A program made the position numbers and the translations under genes. A stretch of 64,000 nucleotides of DNA, from positions 59,274,001-59,338,000 of the forward strand of contig NC_045697.1 of NCBI RefSeq assembly GCF_009834535.1, written 5' to 3'. The notes under the pieces are model-generated. The model saw only the letters and a program-made list of their open reading frames with translations, was not told the DNA's origin and ran no database searches. How positions within the stretch are numbered: the first letter of the stretch is position 1; every line of letters starts with the position of its first letter. Shown one piece after another: positions 39,791-54,443 of this stretch. Origin of the DNA: Camelus ferus (lineage: Eukaryota).

Positions 39791-41944
39791 TATATCTTCT
39801 GTTGACACATTAGCTATCTAGCTTCTATCTTCCATCTAATCATTAACTAATTTATTCTCCTTAATTATTTTCTTCTTTTGCTTTTGACACAATTTTTATT
39901 CCCTTTCCTTCACTCAATATTTCAATACCTCATAGCTTCTCTGTCCTCATGAATTTGGCTCTCTGGGATTGCTCATTCCAATTCAACTTCCCTGCCTCTA
40001 AGCCCTGATTGTACCTCTTGATCATTTATATGTAATTGTTCAGCTCTATGTCCCTCTGTCAGTTGCTCAGCTCTATCCAAGCTGTCATGCCAGAGAAAAT
40101 CAGCTTAATTATGCTTTTTACCTTAATATAGAAGGCAACATCATGTGTTGCTGGAGTGCCTGTAGATTACTGTTGAACTTAAATATCTGTTTCTGATTTG
40201 GCTAAGAGAGGTCTAAGACAAGTTGTACGAGTTGTAGCCATCAGGACTACCCTCTCATCAGGAGCTGCAAATAGAGTGATTTCACTTAAAAAGATGGTAG
40301 TACTGGGCATCAGATTTGGCTTGCTGGGACAGCTTTGTGGCATTTTTCTTTTGATTGATTAGTAAATACTTCTCCTAAGAAATCCAGTTAATAAGAAAAC
40401 TTGTGAGTAGAAGAGACCTATCACTGACAAATAAAGAATAATAAACTCATAGTTAGGGACTTGGATCCTGTGTGTGTGTGAGTGTGTATAAGAGAGTGTG
40501 TGTTTCTGGTTAGTATGCCACACTGCAAGAGGAAGGCATGACTTATTGTTTTGGAAGTCTGAAATTGTAGGCATAGGACAGAAAATAGTATTCAGTTTAG
40601 AAAAGTCTGTAAATGCCTCAATTTACTAAAGGACAAACTATCAAATATGAGTTGATTGAGAGTATGTTGTACCTGTTTGGGTCCATGATGATCAAGAAGT
40701 AATTTTGGTAAATTTGCAGATTTAACTAAAGCTAATATTAATAATGCCTAGAAATGTCAGAAGTCTTGAGAAGATCTTTGTGTTATACCTATTTTTTTCT
40801 TCACCAGAATGGCCAGTGAGGGTGAAATGTAAAGTATTAATCATTCAACCTATACTTTAGTTAGATCTCTGTATCATCTCTCTTGTTAAACATGATTGGA
40901 TGATTCTAGTCAGGTTTTTCCATATCATTGGGATTTCTTATTTTGGGACTATATACCTAGGTACATGTAATAATAGCTAAACAGTGTATTTTCTGATAAA
41001 TTTATAAATAGATAAAATATAAGTGGAGCCAAAATAATAAAAAGGTTATTTTTTAAAAGTATGGGTAATTTAAAAAAATATAAATTAGGTAACAAATTTT
41101 CCAATTTGTACCTAAAAGCAATTTGGTTAGTAATATCGTATCTTATTTTGAGCCCCAAACACAATTGAAGAATTTCTTGCAAATAGAAGCAAGTATAACT
41201 GTAACTCACTTATTATTTCTTAGCCAAGATCTGGGCTCTGCCATGCACTCTCTCAACAACCAGCATTTTTGCCTAAGAGGAAGAGCATTGTGTCATCGAT
41301 TTTAATTACACATCTTGTGTTTGGCAGTAATGCTACTGTTGGTTCTGCCAAAGCTGTGAGTCTCTTTTCAAGGATATTTCTTGGGATTACATTCAATGTT
41401 ATGCATGATTGAATCAGAATTGGGGCACAGAGAATTTTTGGCCACATTTGAAAACTTCATACAGATAAAAGGAAAGGAATTAAGTTATAAGTGTTTGCCT
41501 ACTTTGCTCTGTGGGGCTGATTGGAATAATAGGCAAAAAGAATTGACTGAAATTTATAAAGGCTAAATTGATCTACCTAACATACAGCTGAGTGTGAGGG
41601 ATACGGAGAGGGCATATAATAATAGAAGCCAACGCTGAAGCACTGAGGGAGTTTTGGGAGAAAAGATTTTTGGAAATCAAATATAGGGTCAGAGAGAGGA
41701 GACATTTTCTGAGCAACCCATTGTGAATATTCGGAAACAGAAAGTAGCAAAAAGAAGTTCTAAAATATGTTACTCTTTGTCAGCACTGTATCTCCCTTTG
41801 TTCATCTTCAGAAACATGAGTAAAAATATATTTCATTACATGTTGAATGTGATGGAAATGTGCCACAAGGCAGAAGCAAGAAGGCCCAGTTGCATTCAGC
41901 TTACTTAGGAAAAAACACCAGTCCTGGAAGACACCTCAATTTTC

Positions 41945-42050
41945 CAGCCTAATCCTCTCAGAGAGAGAAGTGAGCCCAGAGAAGGTTAAGTGTTTGCCTG
42001 AGGTCACATGGCTAATAGAAGGACTCCAGTACTAGAATTCAGGTTTTCTT
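41945..42050 (-). mobile_element. MIR fragment
   Basis: 'tgagcccagagaaggttaagtgtttgcctgaggtcacatggcta'. Confidence 0.75.
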
Positions 42051-42637
42051 CTTGTGTATTAGCACCTATATGTAATCTCAGCTAATGCTACACAGTTTTG
42101 TGCTATTAATATATTGAATTTATTATTGGATATCATTAAAGCAATTGATATCAAATATAAGAAAAAATTAAATGAATGTTATTGTATAAGGAAATAATGA
42201 AAAATAGTAATAGATCTTTTACCAGTTGCTTTGAACCAAGACTAACAATGACAAAAGAACAGTGGGCTACCAGGATACCATCATGCAACTTTCAAATAAC
42301 TGTCCCCACTGGGCAAATTTTACTGTTGGTTTAATTAATAGCATTATTGGTGCTTGGCTTAATTACTTGCTTTATTGACATTTTTTTTCCACTTCTTAAT
42401 TGTCAATCAATTATCGATATTTATTAACCTTCAATAGTACCTTTATTTATATAACAACACAGATCAATAATATATTTATTTATAGATTTATATAAAAATA
42501 AACAACAGCAGTACCTGATGACATTCCAGGTACTGCTGTAGGAATTCTATTTATATTAATGAGTTAACCCTCATGATAAGTTTATTACATATATACATGT
42601 ACCCTGTTTTCCACATGGGGATATTTAGGTAAGAGAA

Positions 42638-45600
42638 TTTATTTGTTTTTTCATTGTGGCAAAAAACATACAATATGAAATGTACCTTCTTAAGCAAATT
42701 TTAAGTGTGCAGTACAGTATTGTTAACTATATACACATTTTTGTACAGAAGACCTCTGGAATATTTTCATCCTGCTTGACTGAAATTCTATACTTACTGA
42801 ATAGCAACTCCCATTTCCACACACTCCTACCCCCAGCCCCTGGCAAGCACCATTCTTGCTGATTCTATGAGTCTGACTACTTTAGATACTTCATATAAAT
42901 GGAATCATGAAGTATTTTTCCATTTGTGACTGGCTTATTTCATCCTCAAGTTTCATACATGTTATAGTATATGACAGGATTTACTCCTTTTTTTAAGGCT
43001 AAATAATATTATAGCGTGTGAGTGTGTGAGTGTGTGTGTGTGTCTGAGTGTGTATCTCACATTTCCTTTATCCATTCACCCATTTATGAGCATTTAGGTT
43101 GCTTCTACCTCTTGACTATTGTGAATGAAGCTGCAATGAAAAGTAGATTCAAATTATCTCATGGAGATTCTATTTTCAGTTCTTTTGTATAAATACTTGG
43201 AAGTAGGATTACTGGATCATGTGGTAGCTCTATTTTTAAGTTTTTGAGGTTTGTCTAAATGGCTGTTCCATTTTATATTCCAACTGTGCACAAATATTCC
43301 ATTTTCTTTACATCCTTGCTGCCACTTATTTTGATTTCCTTTTTTATTATAACTATCCTAACAAGTAAAAGGTTACATCCAATTGTAGCCTTCATTTACA
43401 TTTCTCTTATAATTAGGGATTTGAGCATCTTTTTATATACCTGTTAGCCTCTATGTGTATTCTTTGGAGAAATGTCTATTCAAGTTCTTTGCCCATTTTT
43501 AATCAGGATTTTTTTTTTTTTTTACATTTGAGTTGTAGGAGTTTTAAAACATTTTAGATATTAACACTTTATTACATATAAGGTTTGCAAATATTTTCTC
43601 CTAATCTGTAGGTTGCCTTCATTCTGTTGCTTGTTTCCTTTGCTGTGCAGAAGCTTCTTAATTTGATGTAGCCTCATGTCTATTTTTGCTTTTGTTACCT
43701 GTGCTCTTAGTGTCCTATCCAAGAAATTATTGTCAAAATCAATGTCATAAAACTTTTCCTTTGCTTTTCTCTAATAATTTTATAGTTTCAGGTCTATAAG
43801 TTTTTAATCAATTTTTCATTGATATTCATGTGTGATATATGTGTCCAACTTCATTCTTTTGCATAGTGATATTCAGTTTCTCAATACCATTTGAAGAGAC
43901 AGTCCATTCCCTATTGTATTATCTTTGTCATTTTCATCAAAGATCCTTTGACTGTATATGTACAGGTTTATTGATGAACTTTCTCTTCTGTTCCAATGGT
44001 CTGTATGCCTGTCTTTATACCTATATCATACAGCTTTGATTACTGTAGCTTTGCAGTATATTTTGGAATGAGGACATATGATACCTCAACTTTTTTTTTT
44101 TTAAATTGCTTTGGATAGCCAGAGTTCTTTGTGATTACATATGAATTTTAGGATTATTTCTTTCCATCTCTGAGAACAATGCTGTTTTCAGAAAGCATTG
44201 AATTGAATTGTAGATCACTTTGGATAGTATGAACATTTAAATAATATTAAGTCTTCCAGTCCATGAACACAGGATGTCTTTATTTGTGCCTTCTTTACCT
44301 TCTTTCAGCAATACTTTTGTAGTTTTTGTGTATATGTCTTTTGTCTCCTTGTTTAAGTTTATAGCTAAGTATTTTTTGATAGTATTGTAAATGGACTAAT
44401 TTTATTAATTTTCTATTCATATTGTCAGTGTACAGGTATGCAACTGAGTTTTGTATGTTGATTTTGTTTCATGACACCTTGCTGAATATATTATTAGTTC
44501 TAATATTTTTTTAATGAAATCTTCAGGATTTTCTACATTTAAGATCACATCATCTGCAAACAGGAAATTTTGCTTCTTTCAAATTTAGATGCCTTTTATA
44601 TCTTTTTCTTACCTAATTACTCTAGCTAGCAATTTCAGTACTATGTCGAATAGAAGTGGTGAGATTGGGCATCCTTATCTTATTCCTGATCTTAGTGGAA
44701 AAGCTTTCGTCTTTTTACTGTTGTATGTGCTGTTAGTTGTGGCTTTTATATAACATTTATTATGTTGTAGTAATCTTCTATTCCTAGTTTGTTGAGAGTT
44801 TTTATCATGAAAGGGTGTTGAATTTTGTCAAATAATTTTTCTGCATCTTTTGAGGTGATCATATGATTTTTATCCTTTATTTTTTAATGTCAAATTTACT
44901 GGTTTTCATAAGTTGAAATTTCCCTGCATTCTAGGGATAAATCCCACTTGATCATGGTGTATGATCTGTTTAATGTGCTTTTGATCTCAGTTTGCTAATG
45001 TTTTGTTGGGGCCTTTTACATCTATGTTCATCAGGGATTATTGTCCTATAATTTTCTTTTCTTGTAGGGTCATTGTCTGGATTTGGTATTAGGATAAATC
45101 TTGCCTTGACAAATGAGTTTGAAAGTGTTCCCTCCTCCTTAGTTTTCTGGAAGAATTGCAAAGGATTGCAGCTAATTTTTTTTTTTTTTTTAATTTTTGG
45201 TAGAACTCTCCAGTGAAGCAATCAGGTCCTGGGTTTTTCTTTGGGAGATTTTTGATTACTGATTCAATCTTCTTACCCGTTATTGGTCTGTCCAAACTTT
45301 CTATTTATTTATGATCCAGTCTTGGTAGGTAGTATAATTCTAGGAAATTTCCATTTCTTCCAAGTTGTCCAATTTGTTGCCATATAATTGTTATAGTATT
45401 CTCATAATTCTGTTCATTTCTGTAGCATCAGTTGTAATGTCTGCTCTTTCATTTCTGATTTTATCTATTTGAATCTTGTCTTTTACTTTTCAGTCTAGCT
45501 AAAGGTTTGTTAATTTTGTTGATTTTTTAAAAAGCTGAGTTTCACTGATTTTTTTCTATTGTTTTTCTATCCTCTGTTTTGTTTATTTGTTCTATAATCT

Positions 45601-45680
45601 TTAATATTTCCTGACTTCTGATTTTTTGAACTTACTTTATTCTTCCTGTTCTAGTCTGTTGAGATATAAAGTTAGCTTTT
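42638..45680 (-). mobile_element. L1MB-like LINE, about 3 kb (3'UTR plus degraded ORF2)
   Basis: ORFs 44970-45295(-) give ORF2 RT-region remnants ('[24 protein letters not shown]', 'RKENYRTI'). L1MB-type 3' end with an internal (TG)n. Confidence 0.92.
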
Positions 45681-45915
45681 TAATTAATATTTTATATTCT
45701 ATCATAATATTTAATATATAAATATGCAATGTAATTAATAATATATAAAATTAATTATATTAATATAACCAATTACATTAATATAATTAATTAAATTAAT
45801 ATATATTATATAAATATATTAATATAATTGTATAACATACATTATATAATTAAATATATTAACTATAAAATATGATAATTAATATAATATCAATATAAAC
45901 TATTTTATATTGTGA
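45681..45915. repeat. AT-rich low-complexity tract
   Basis: Almost exclusively A/T at the 5' truncation end of the L1. Confidence 0.9.
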
Positions 45916-48334
45916 ATCTATTGTAACTGTAAGATGTTGTTAACATGTATTTTCTCCTTCTATAACACAAAGAAAGAAAATGAAAGTATTTTCCATTAAT
46001 ATGACCCAGTACTTTCTTATTCCCTGGAAGTGCTGCATTATAATTACTGAAAAAGCTGTTTAAGTCTAATTTTTGGCATAGACTTTTTATATATCACTCT
46101 TATGAATATTTTAAAACAACTATGGAAATGCAATTAATTCTTCAGTGATTTCTAAAATGTCTTCACATTCAGAATCTTCTGAATCTATGTCATCAGAGAT
46201 TATATATTTTCAGATAATATTGTCCTCTGGGATGTCAAGAGAATTAATGATACAGTAGTTATGAAATAGTCCTCTGCTATAGTCTTCAGAACTTTCTATC
46301 AAACAGCTCCCACCCATTCTGTAAGTTTTCATGTTGCTTGTTTGGTTGTTAGTACAAGGACTGACAATGAAGCTACATCATTGACCTGCCAATAATACTT
46401 ACGTGACACTATTCTGATTTTAGATATGTTAAGATGTGAGAAAAATGTAGGTCTTAAAATCAGTAACATTTGGTAGTTGGAAAGCTTTCCCTGGAGGATG
46501 TGATTAATATATTAAGGCCAACTTTTAATATATTTAACATTGTGCCACAAGACTATGCCCTCTGCCCTGTCCAAAATAATCATTAATATCCTGGATGATA
46601 TGAATGTCAAAGTTACATATTATAGGAAGGTGGAGTGACTAGTCAATAAAATAGTCTTTATTATCTAATAAAGAACACAGTCAAACACGAGGAATTTAAT
46701 AGAGATTTACTGTAGTAGTGAACTGCTGCCTTTGCTCACAGGGAAATTTCCCCCAATTCAATTTAGCTTACCTTAGTGAAAGGGTAAGCTCCTTCCTTCC
46801 CTCCAAGTTCAAAACTTTGTTTGGAGGTAGGTGGGAAGAACTCTGGTGGCAGATTGTTCAGTGTGCTTGATCAGCAGATTCTAAACAGGTACTGAGTTGG
46901 TGGACAGAATCTGTGCTAAGGACAACTCCAGGTCTTTTTGTGACTCATTGTAAACCAACAGCTCTTTTCCAAAATCTTGTTTAACAATCCTTTTCCTTTC
47001 TACATAACTTTAAAAATCTTCTTGTATTTTCAGTGTCAGTGAGGACTTTGAGTCATCCCACTGGTTCTTCACCACCTACTTTGAAATTTGTTTGTAGTTT
47101 GATGTCTCACTTTGATGTTTGACATTCCTCATCTTAACAGTCTCAGCTGAAGCTTCCATTTTAGCATTGTGTTACAGGGGTGCATGCAAGATGCTGCACT
47201 AAAACATGTAGACTGTTACTGGAGAAAGTTGGAACTTCAGATTCTGAGCTTGAATCTACAACAAATTATATTAGAGGTTTTCAACATTGTTGTTTTGTCA
47301 AAATGCACACAGTAAATGAAAATTACTGTTGTGATACATTCTCACACAATATTTTCAGCATCATAGTCATAAATCTAATACTTTTGCACTTACTGAAAAT
47401 AGCATATTGACATTCAGGTAAGAAAGAAACAAAAGAGTGTAGATGTAAGCTTATAAATTCTGCTCTAAAAACCTGAAAACAGTTAACAAACTTTTTTCTA
47501 TTATTAATCACACATTACTTGTAATATGGTTCAAAACTGCTAATGACAACAGTGTGTTGAGACTCCTTGCTGAGAACTCCTATGCTATGTAATCTTGACA
47601 AACTTATTTTGATATTTTGATCCTTGACATTTTCTTCAACTGAAAATAAGAAGTGATTCTGAAGGTTCCTTTCAGTTCTAAGATAATTTATGGCTATATA
47701 TAGGATGAGGAGTTATGATGAATTGCAAGACATGTAAAAGACTTATGTATTTTAGTTGTTATATAAACACAAACATTTAAAAAATAAAAGGCAGTGATTA
47801 TAAACAATTTTTAGTATTTAAAACTTAATATAATTAATTGGTTTTGAAAGAAGAAAACATATACAAGATATATGTTAATTAAGATTTTCATCTATATCTT
47901 CAATTTTTCACTTTCAGATTGCTCAGGTAAATACCTTGAGTATTCCCGAAAAAAAGGGTAGAGGAAAGAGTATGCTGTAATTGAATTTACTTCATTACTT
48001 CTGAAAACTGCTTATTAAGAACTATTACCTCATCTAGTTTGATGGTGTGGCTCCTCTTATGTGATGAGAGCCCTCCAGGCAGGTTAGTTTTTATAATCCA
48101 ATCTAGATGATAACAGAAACTCTAGGAAAATGATCAGCAAATTGAAGATCTACTCTTTAAGGCACTATTGTTCCATGATTTCAGTATTTTAACTTTTCAT
48201 AGGATATTTAACGTGCTAAATTCCCATCTTTGATGTTCTCTTTTGTCACAGAATAACATCTTTATGCTTTTACCCGGTAATTGTGATGAGATATGATGCT
48301 ACTTTAAAAACATTTTTTTTTTCTGTCTAATTGA

Positions 48335-48508
48335 TGGGTCTCAACCTTGGCTGCAAAATTGAAATAATCTGGAAAATCTTTGGAAAATATACTTTGTCTC
48401 AACTGCAGAAGTTCTGATTCTTTTGCTTGGGGATGGAGCCTATGCATTAACTACTTTTGAAAAGTTTCTTAAGTGATTCCAATGTAGAGCATGGGCTGAG
48501 ACCCACTT
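48335..48508. mobile_element. MER5-family MITE
   Basis: 'tctcaaccttggctgc...gtgattccaatgtagagc...gctgagacccact'. Confidence 0.7.
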
Positions 48509-49529
48509 CCATATGTACATTTTTATATTTATTTATCAGAATTATTTTCTTTCTTATCATGAGACTGGTCTGTATATTTCACTAACCTCCAGCCCAGAGT
48601 CATATTGTGAATAAAGTTTCTTATTTCTTAATCAGATATGAATGTAAGTGAAAACATATAGTGTAAAAATAGTCAAATGTAGGAATAGAAAAAACATATG
48701 TACATATGTAAATGAAATCCCAGCCAGGACCTAATAATTTTAGGTTGGGATCTGAATAATAAAACTCAGCAGGAGACACTTTATTTTTCAATATTCCATT
48801 TCCTCTGTTTTTGTATTACTAGTACAATTAATAGTATTTTCTTCATTCTTGTGTTATTTTTTATTATTTGCTGCCAGTGGCTTCTCTTTGCATAGATGGG
48901 ATTTACATTTTAACCATTATTTTATTTATCTTTTTATTCATTATTCTTTTGAGCGAAGTACAATGGGAGGTTGTTTTCAGTTCAGCAAACCTTAATTGAA
49001 TATCCATTATAAACAATGCATGGATTTGTCTCTGTGAGGATTAGAAAAGTGGTAAGACAAATACCTTGTCCTCAAGTGCTTTGTAACGATGAGAGAGACA
49101 ACAGAGCATCAGTATGTTGTTCAGAGTGCTGGGAGTACTGTAATAGAAGCATGATGTTGAGTATTAACTCTTAAACAGCTATCCTAATTTTATATTTTCA
49201 AAACTATAGAGCATGCAATTTTTGCTCTAAAAAATACTTGTCAGACATAGTTGGTTTTGACTAAGCAGAACAGAATATGATTATGGTCCTCACACATAAA
49301 AGATATTCAAGCCAATCATATAAATGTGTCCTAAAAATTATAGTGTTTTGACAGTTTTTTGAGATTTGTTTTTACACATGAGGCATATGAAATGTAAATT
49401 TTGCAGAAGATGTTCTTTTGATATTGTAATTTTAGGCTTGCTATTAAGAGATAAGAGACAAACTTTTCTAAGTTAAAAAAGTAATTTTAATGAAATACAA
49501 AGATTGCTGGTTTTTGCTTGTCATGGATA

Positions 49530-50003
49530 TTGTTGGAGTCTCATGTACCAGTGACTCACCTGAGACTAACTGTATTAGCAGGGAAATTTCCAGTGTGCTA
49601 GTGGCTTTCCACCTAAAGTGGCTGTGAGTCTTTTCCTCTTTGCCAAGGGCTTTCTCTGGCCTCGTATGAGCTTGCTCTGTAGCACATGGGCAACCAAGAA
49701 ATAAGAGATAGTGAATGTCTTTAGAAGCAACCCTTGTCCAATGGGAATGAGGGTCTTCAGCCAAGGCGTTAACTTCTCATCGTCATGTGGGATGATTCCG
49801 ATGCATGTTTCGTGTCATCTGTCCAAGTGTACCCAGAGGACACTAACCCCACGGTCCACAGAATTAACCTGCTTACTGGTGCTCAATTATTTGGAGGTTT
49901 TCTTCTCACTTTTTTCATTTCCTTATTTGTGCTTCCTGAAATCACTATCTAAAATCACTTCCTTGGGTCAGCATTTATTTTAGGGGGAACCAAAACAAAG
50001 ACT
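49530..50003 (+). mobile_element. ERVL LTR (LTR16-like)
   Basis: 'ctctttgccaagggctttctctggcc' and 3' end 'gggggaaccaaaacaaagac'. Confidence 0.65.
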
Positions 50004-53000
50004 TCTCTCAATATGTATTCTAACCCACTCTCAGTAGAATAAGAACCTTGAGTTTTGGCTGTGTCATGGCTTTTCACAATAAAGACTACGATATTTTTCT
50101 CTGGCTTCTTTATAGCTATATATGATCATGTGACCAGCTTCTGTTAAATATAGTATGAGTATAAAGTTTGATTGCACCTTCCAAGTTGTGCTTTCAACTG
50201 TTGAGGATATCATGCCACTCCCCCCTTTCTCTTCATTAGAAGGAGGTGAGCAATCTTGACTATGTATTAGAAGGCTTACCACTTTGCACATCTGGGGAAA
50301 GACAACAGAAGCCTCGGTATCAGACACTGGAGAGCCTCTGTGCCAGGGTGAAATGCTTCAATCAGGCTTTGTTTAAAAGAGAAATATGTTTTTCTCTTAT
50401 TTTTGTTTCATCTCTCTGCTATAGCAGCCTGAACTATATTATAATTATTACATTGTCTACACAAATTAAATATAAATACATGGGATTGTATCTAAGAGAA
50501 AAATTACATTATAATCACCCTGGAAAGATCTTTTATTTAGTAACATATATCACACATCTATATAGAAATAAGACAATGGAGACAATTCTCTAAGAGATGA
50601 TACATACCTCATTTTGACTGCTTTAAATGTGAGAATTTTAACTGGAATTGTCAGGTAGATTTCATCACTCCAGGAACAACTTAAAAAGTACTTGGAATAG
50701 TTGTTTTGCTTAAGCAGTTACAAAATAACATGGGATTAGAAAAGTACAATTGAATCTTCTTTCTGGATTGAGAACATTATATATTTTATGGATGCATTCG
50801 CTTAAACATACAATTGTTTAACAACAATAAAGGTAGTTTGTTGGTTGTGATGTGAACTTCCAGTTCTTCTTAAGTAAGGACTTTTTGAGGACGAGGTTAC
50901 TGAGAAATCATCTGCAAATTTTTAAATTACACTTGCCAGGTTAATAAATACGTATTTTTGAAAAAAAAAAAAAAGGTCATCTCCAGGCATTCCTACCAGA
51001 GGATGGGAAACAGGGCTTTAATCAGCAGCACTGAAGGCTCTTTGTGAACTGTCTGCGCTGTTATTTCAGAATCCTTATTTTCAGTTTTCAGAAGATTTTT
51101 GTCTCTCACAATATTTTGTTTCAAGCACCAAGTTTTTATCACAAGTTTTCTATAGACATGTATTCCCTGTGATATTTCCTGCAAAGTGTCTATGATTATA
51201 TTTAACTTGAGTATGGCTTCTCTGTCTATTTGGAGTATGCTGTTCTGCAGTATTGGTTGTAATTTTCTGTGTCCTGTGTGATCTTGGGTTGATCAGAAGG
51301 ACTCTACTTATTCATTCATTTATTCAGTCATTCACTCACTCACTTACTTATTCATTTACTATTTCAGGCACAGTAGTAAACAATTTCATTTTTCCATTTG
51401 GAGATCAAGCTAGAGACAGATGCCTTCTTTGGCAGCATCATGACGTTGCTTTGAATATCCCAAGCACCCACTTAGTGGCACTGGCTATGGTGGGATTACT
51501 CTTAACTGTCTCATGGCCATGACAAGGACTTAATTTGTTCTTCTAGTCTTGCCTTTGATGGGATATTTCCACTGTAATCATATACTAGTAATACTGTTTT
51601 TTTAAAATTAGATTTTCTTTTTTTAAGATAACTTTAAGTCGAACTTTGTTATTCACTCTGGATATATTCTCCAGTTTGTTATTAATGACTTATTTTCACC
51701 TTGACATATTTGAGATTTCTAGTATATGTTACTTTGCTTAATTAAAAAAATATGATGGCTTTGTTCCTTCTCAACAAGGTGAAGAAGGAAAATGCAGGGT
51801 TTTTGCCAGAACAGGCTGTGGAGAATCTGTAGAGCCATCAATAGAGAGAAAGTTTATATTCTGAAAAGGTCAGTGACATACTGGCTGCGATTATTTTGAG
51901 CCCTGGTTTCCTTTATCATCAAGTTCTCCTGAATATATTATTGTTAATCTCTTTGTTAACCTAATGAATTATTCCATGTATAATACTCATGCTTAACTAA
52001 ATAGTGTTTTAAGAAGAGAAGGGGTTTTTTTGTTAACAGAAATGTGCAAATAAAAATACCAGATGAAAAGCAAACTATTCTGTTTCCTATTGGCTTCTCT
52101 GTTGACTTCAGTGAGAAGACAGCAGTAAAAGCTTAGTGCTATCTCAGTTTATCTCTTATAAAAACAACTCTGTGTCTCCTATTTGAATTTAATATAAAAT
52201 TGATATCCTGCATGCAACCCAAAGTATTTTAGGATTATAAAATCTTCATTTTAAAAGTCATGAGTTAAACTATACATATAAAGATACTTGGCTTAAATGA
52301 GGTATTCACAATTTCCTCATTGAAGTCTGATAGAAGGAAGGAGGTGTCCGCTAAGGCATGTAGGGATGAAAAGTGTGATAAACATTCTTACTCTGTTCCT
52401 TATGCTACCTGTAAATACTGTTCCGTGAGGAGACTCTGAAGTGCATGAGGCAAAAGAAATTGCATCTTCTAGTATATTTAGATCACATTTCAAACTGCCA
52501 GAAGTGGTTCGGCATGTATTCTCCCCACAGCCTGGCAAATTAGGCTATTTTAATGTGATAAAATACAGTCTTGATGAAAACTTTTATTTTTAGTTTGGTA
52601 TCTTACAAAGGAGTCTTACAGCATCACTGTGTCTGTGTATGCGAGTGTCTGTCTACCCCCATATGCTGTCAGAGACAGTTGGCATTGCCTTGGCAACTTT
52701 ACAGGATCAAATTGCAGCCGTGTTCAGTATTCAGTGAAAGCAAAACTAGCGTGCCTTATCAATCTCTATAGGTTTGAGTCTTTTTGTTGTAGTCAGATAG
52801 TTATAAAAATTATAATAAGCCCCTTTGGAGCAGGGACATGTTTATTTGATTTTGTATCGACAGCACCTTGCCAGTACCTGGCTTATAGAAAATATTCGAT
52901 AAATCTTTCTAAGTCAGTGGATTAAAAAAAAAGGAAACTGTATCATTGCTTTTGGATTATTTTAGAAGTTATAAAGAGTGTAATACACTACTTGGTGATG

Positions 53001-53582
53001 ACCACAGCTTCAGAACTGAGGTGAGTGACTCCCAGGAGGCTTCTGCAAAATCTCATTTCTGCATTCCTTCTTCCTCCAAATCTCGCATGAATATGTGTCA
53101 CTGGTGGGAATTAGCTCAGATATTCTGGGAAATGTAGTTCCCAGGCTTTTAGCCCCTTCGATACAGGGGAAGGAATGGAAGTGGGTGACTTGCTGAGTTG
53201 CAAAAAGGTAATTCAAAGCAGCTTTTTAGGCAGAACTTCTATAAAAATTACCTGAAAATGTTGTATTAGTGCCAGGCATAAGCTGGAATTCAGTACGACT
53301 GGCCCAGATCTTAGACTTATACAAGGATTGAGTGCATGCAAGTTTCAAAATGCCCTTATTCCAATGTTGCACCATACAATTTGAGGTGACACCAGTATAT
53401 ACAGGCAATTCTTGTGCATGTCCTTCTGGGATTTTTCTTATGGGTTCTGCTCATTGAATTGTTACTGTGAGGAGTCTTTGTAAACAAGAACTAGTTATGG
53501 GAGAACCTGGAGGAAATGCTCCTTGTGGGTGCTGAGATTCTCTGATACCTCCAGGTTAGGAAAAGTAAAGTGGACCACTGAC

Positions 53583-54443
53583 TTTTTTAAAGTGAAGTAT
53601 AGTTCACTTACAATATTGTGTTAGTTTCAAGTGTACAGTATATTGATTCAGTTATTCTGATTATAGTTCATTGTGGGTTATTATAAGCTATCAAGTATAA
53701 TTCCCTGTGCTATACAGTAAATCCTTATTTATCTATTTTATGTATAGTAGTTTGTGTCTATTAATCCAATATTCCCAATTTATCCCTCCTCCCTCCCACT
53801 CCCTTTTGGTAAATATAGATTTGTTTTCTATGTCTGTGAGTCTGTTTCTGTTTTGTACAAAGATTCATTTGTATTATTTTTTAGATTCCATATACAAGTG
53901 ATATCATATAGTATTTGTCTTTTTCTGACTTACTTCACTAAGTATAGTATTCTCTAGATCCATCCGTTTTGTTGTAAATAGCATTATTTCATTCTTTTTT
54001 CTGGCTTAGTAGTATTTCATTTTAATATATATATGTATATTCTACACATGTATATTCTATATCTATATATTCTATATATGTATATTCTATATAATATGTA
54101 TATTCTATATATATGTATATATATATACACCTATATATACCACATCTTCTTAAGCCAGTTGTCTGTTCATGAGCACTTGGGTTGTTTCCATGTCTTGACT
54201 ATTGTAAATAGTGTTGATACAAACATTGGGGTACATATATCTTTTTGAATTAGAATTTTTGATTTTTCTGGATATATACCCAGGAGTAAGGTTGCTGGCT
54301 CTTATGGTAACTATTTTTAGTTTTTTAAGGAACATTCATACTGTTTTCTATAGTGGCTACAACAATTTATATTCCCATTAACATATATGAGTGTTCTCTT
54401 TTCTCCACACCCTTTCCAGTATTTATTATTTGTAGACTTTTTA
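53583..54443 (-). mobile_element. L1 3' fragment with an internal ~15-bp AT-rich tandem repeat (54030-54135)
   Basis: Similar to the L1 at 23.1 kb ('ttccctgtgctatacagta', 'ttttctatgtctgtgagtct'). Repeat unit ~ATGTATATTCTATAT. Confidence 0.9.

Noticed and set aside
54030..54135. Regularly spaced repeats resembling an array
   Set aside because: Simple AT-rich tandem expansion inside an L1 3'UTR with no unique spacers; not CRISPR.
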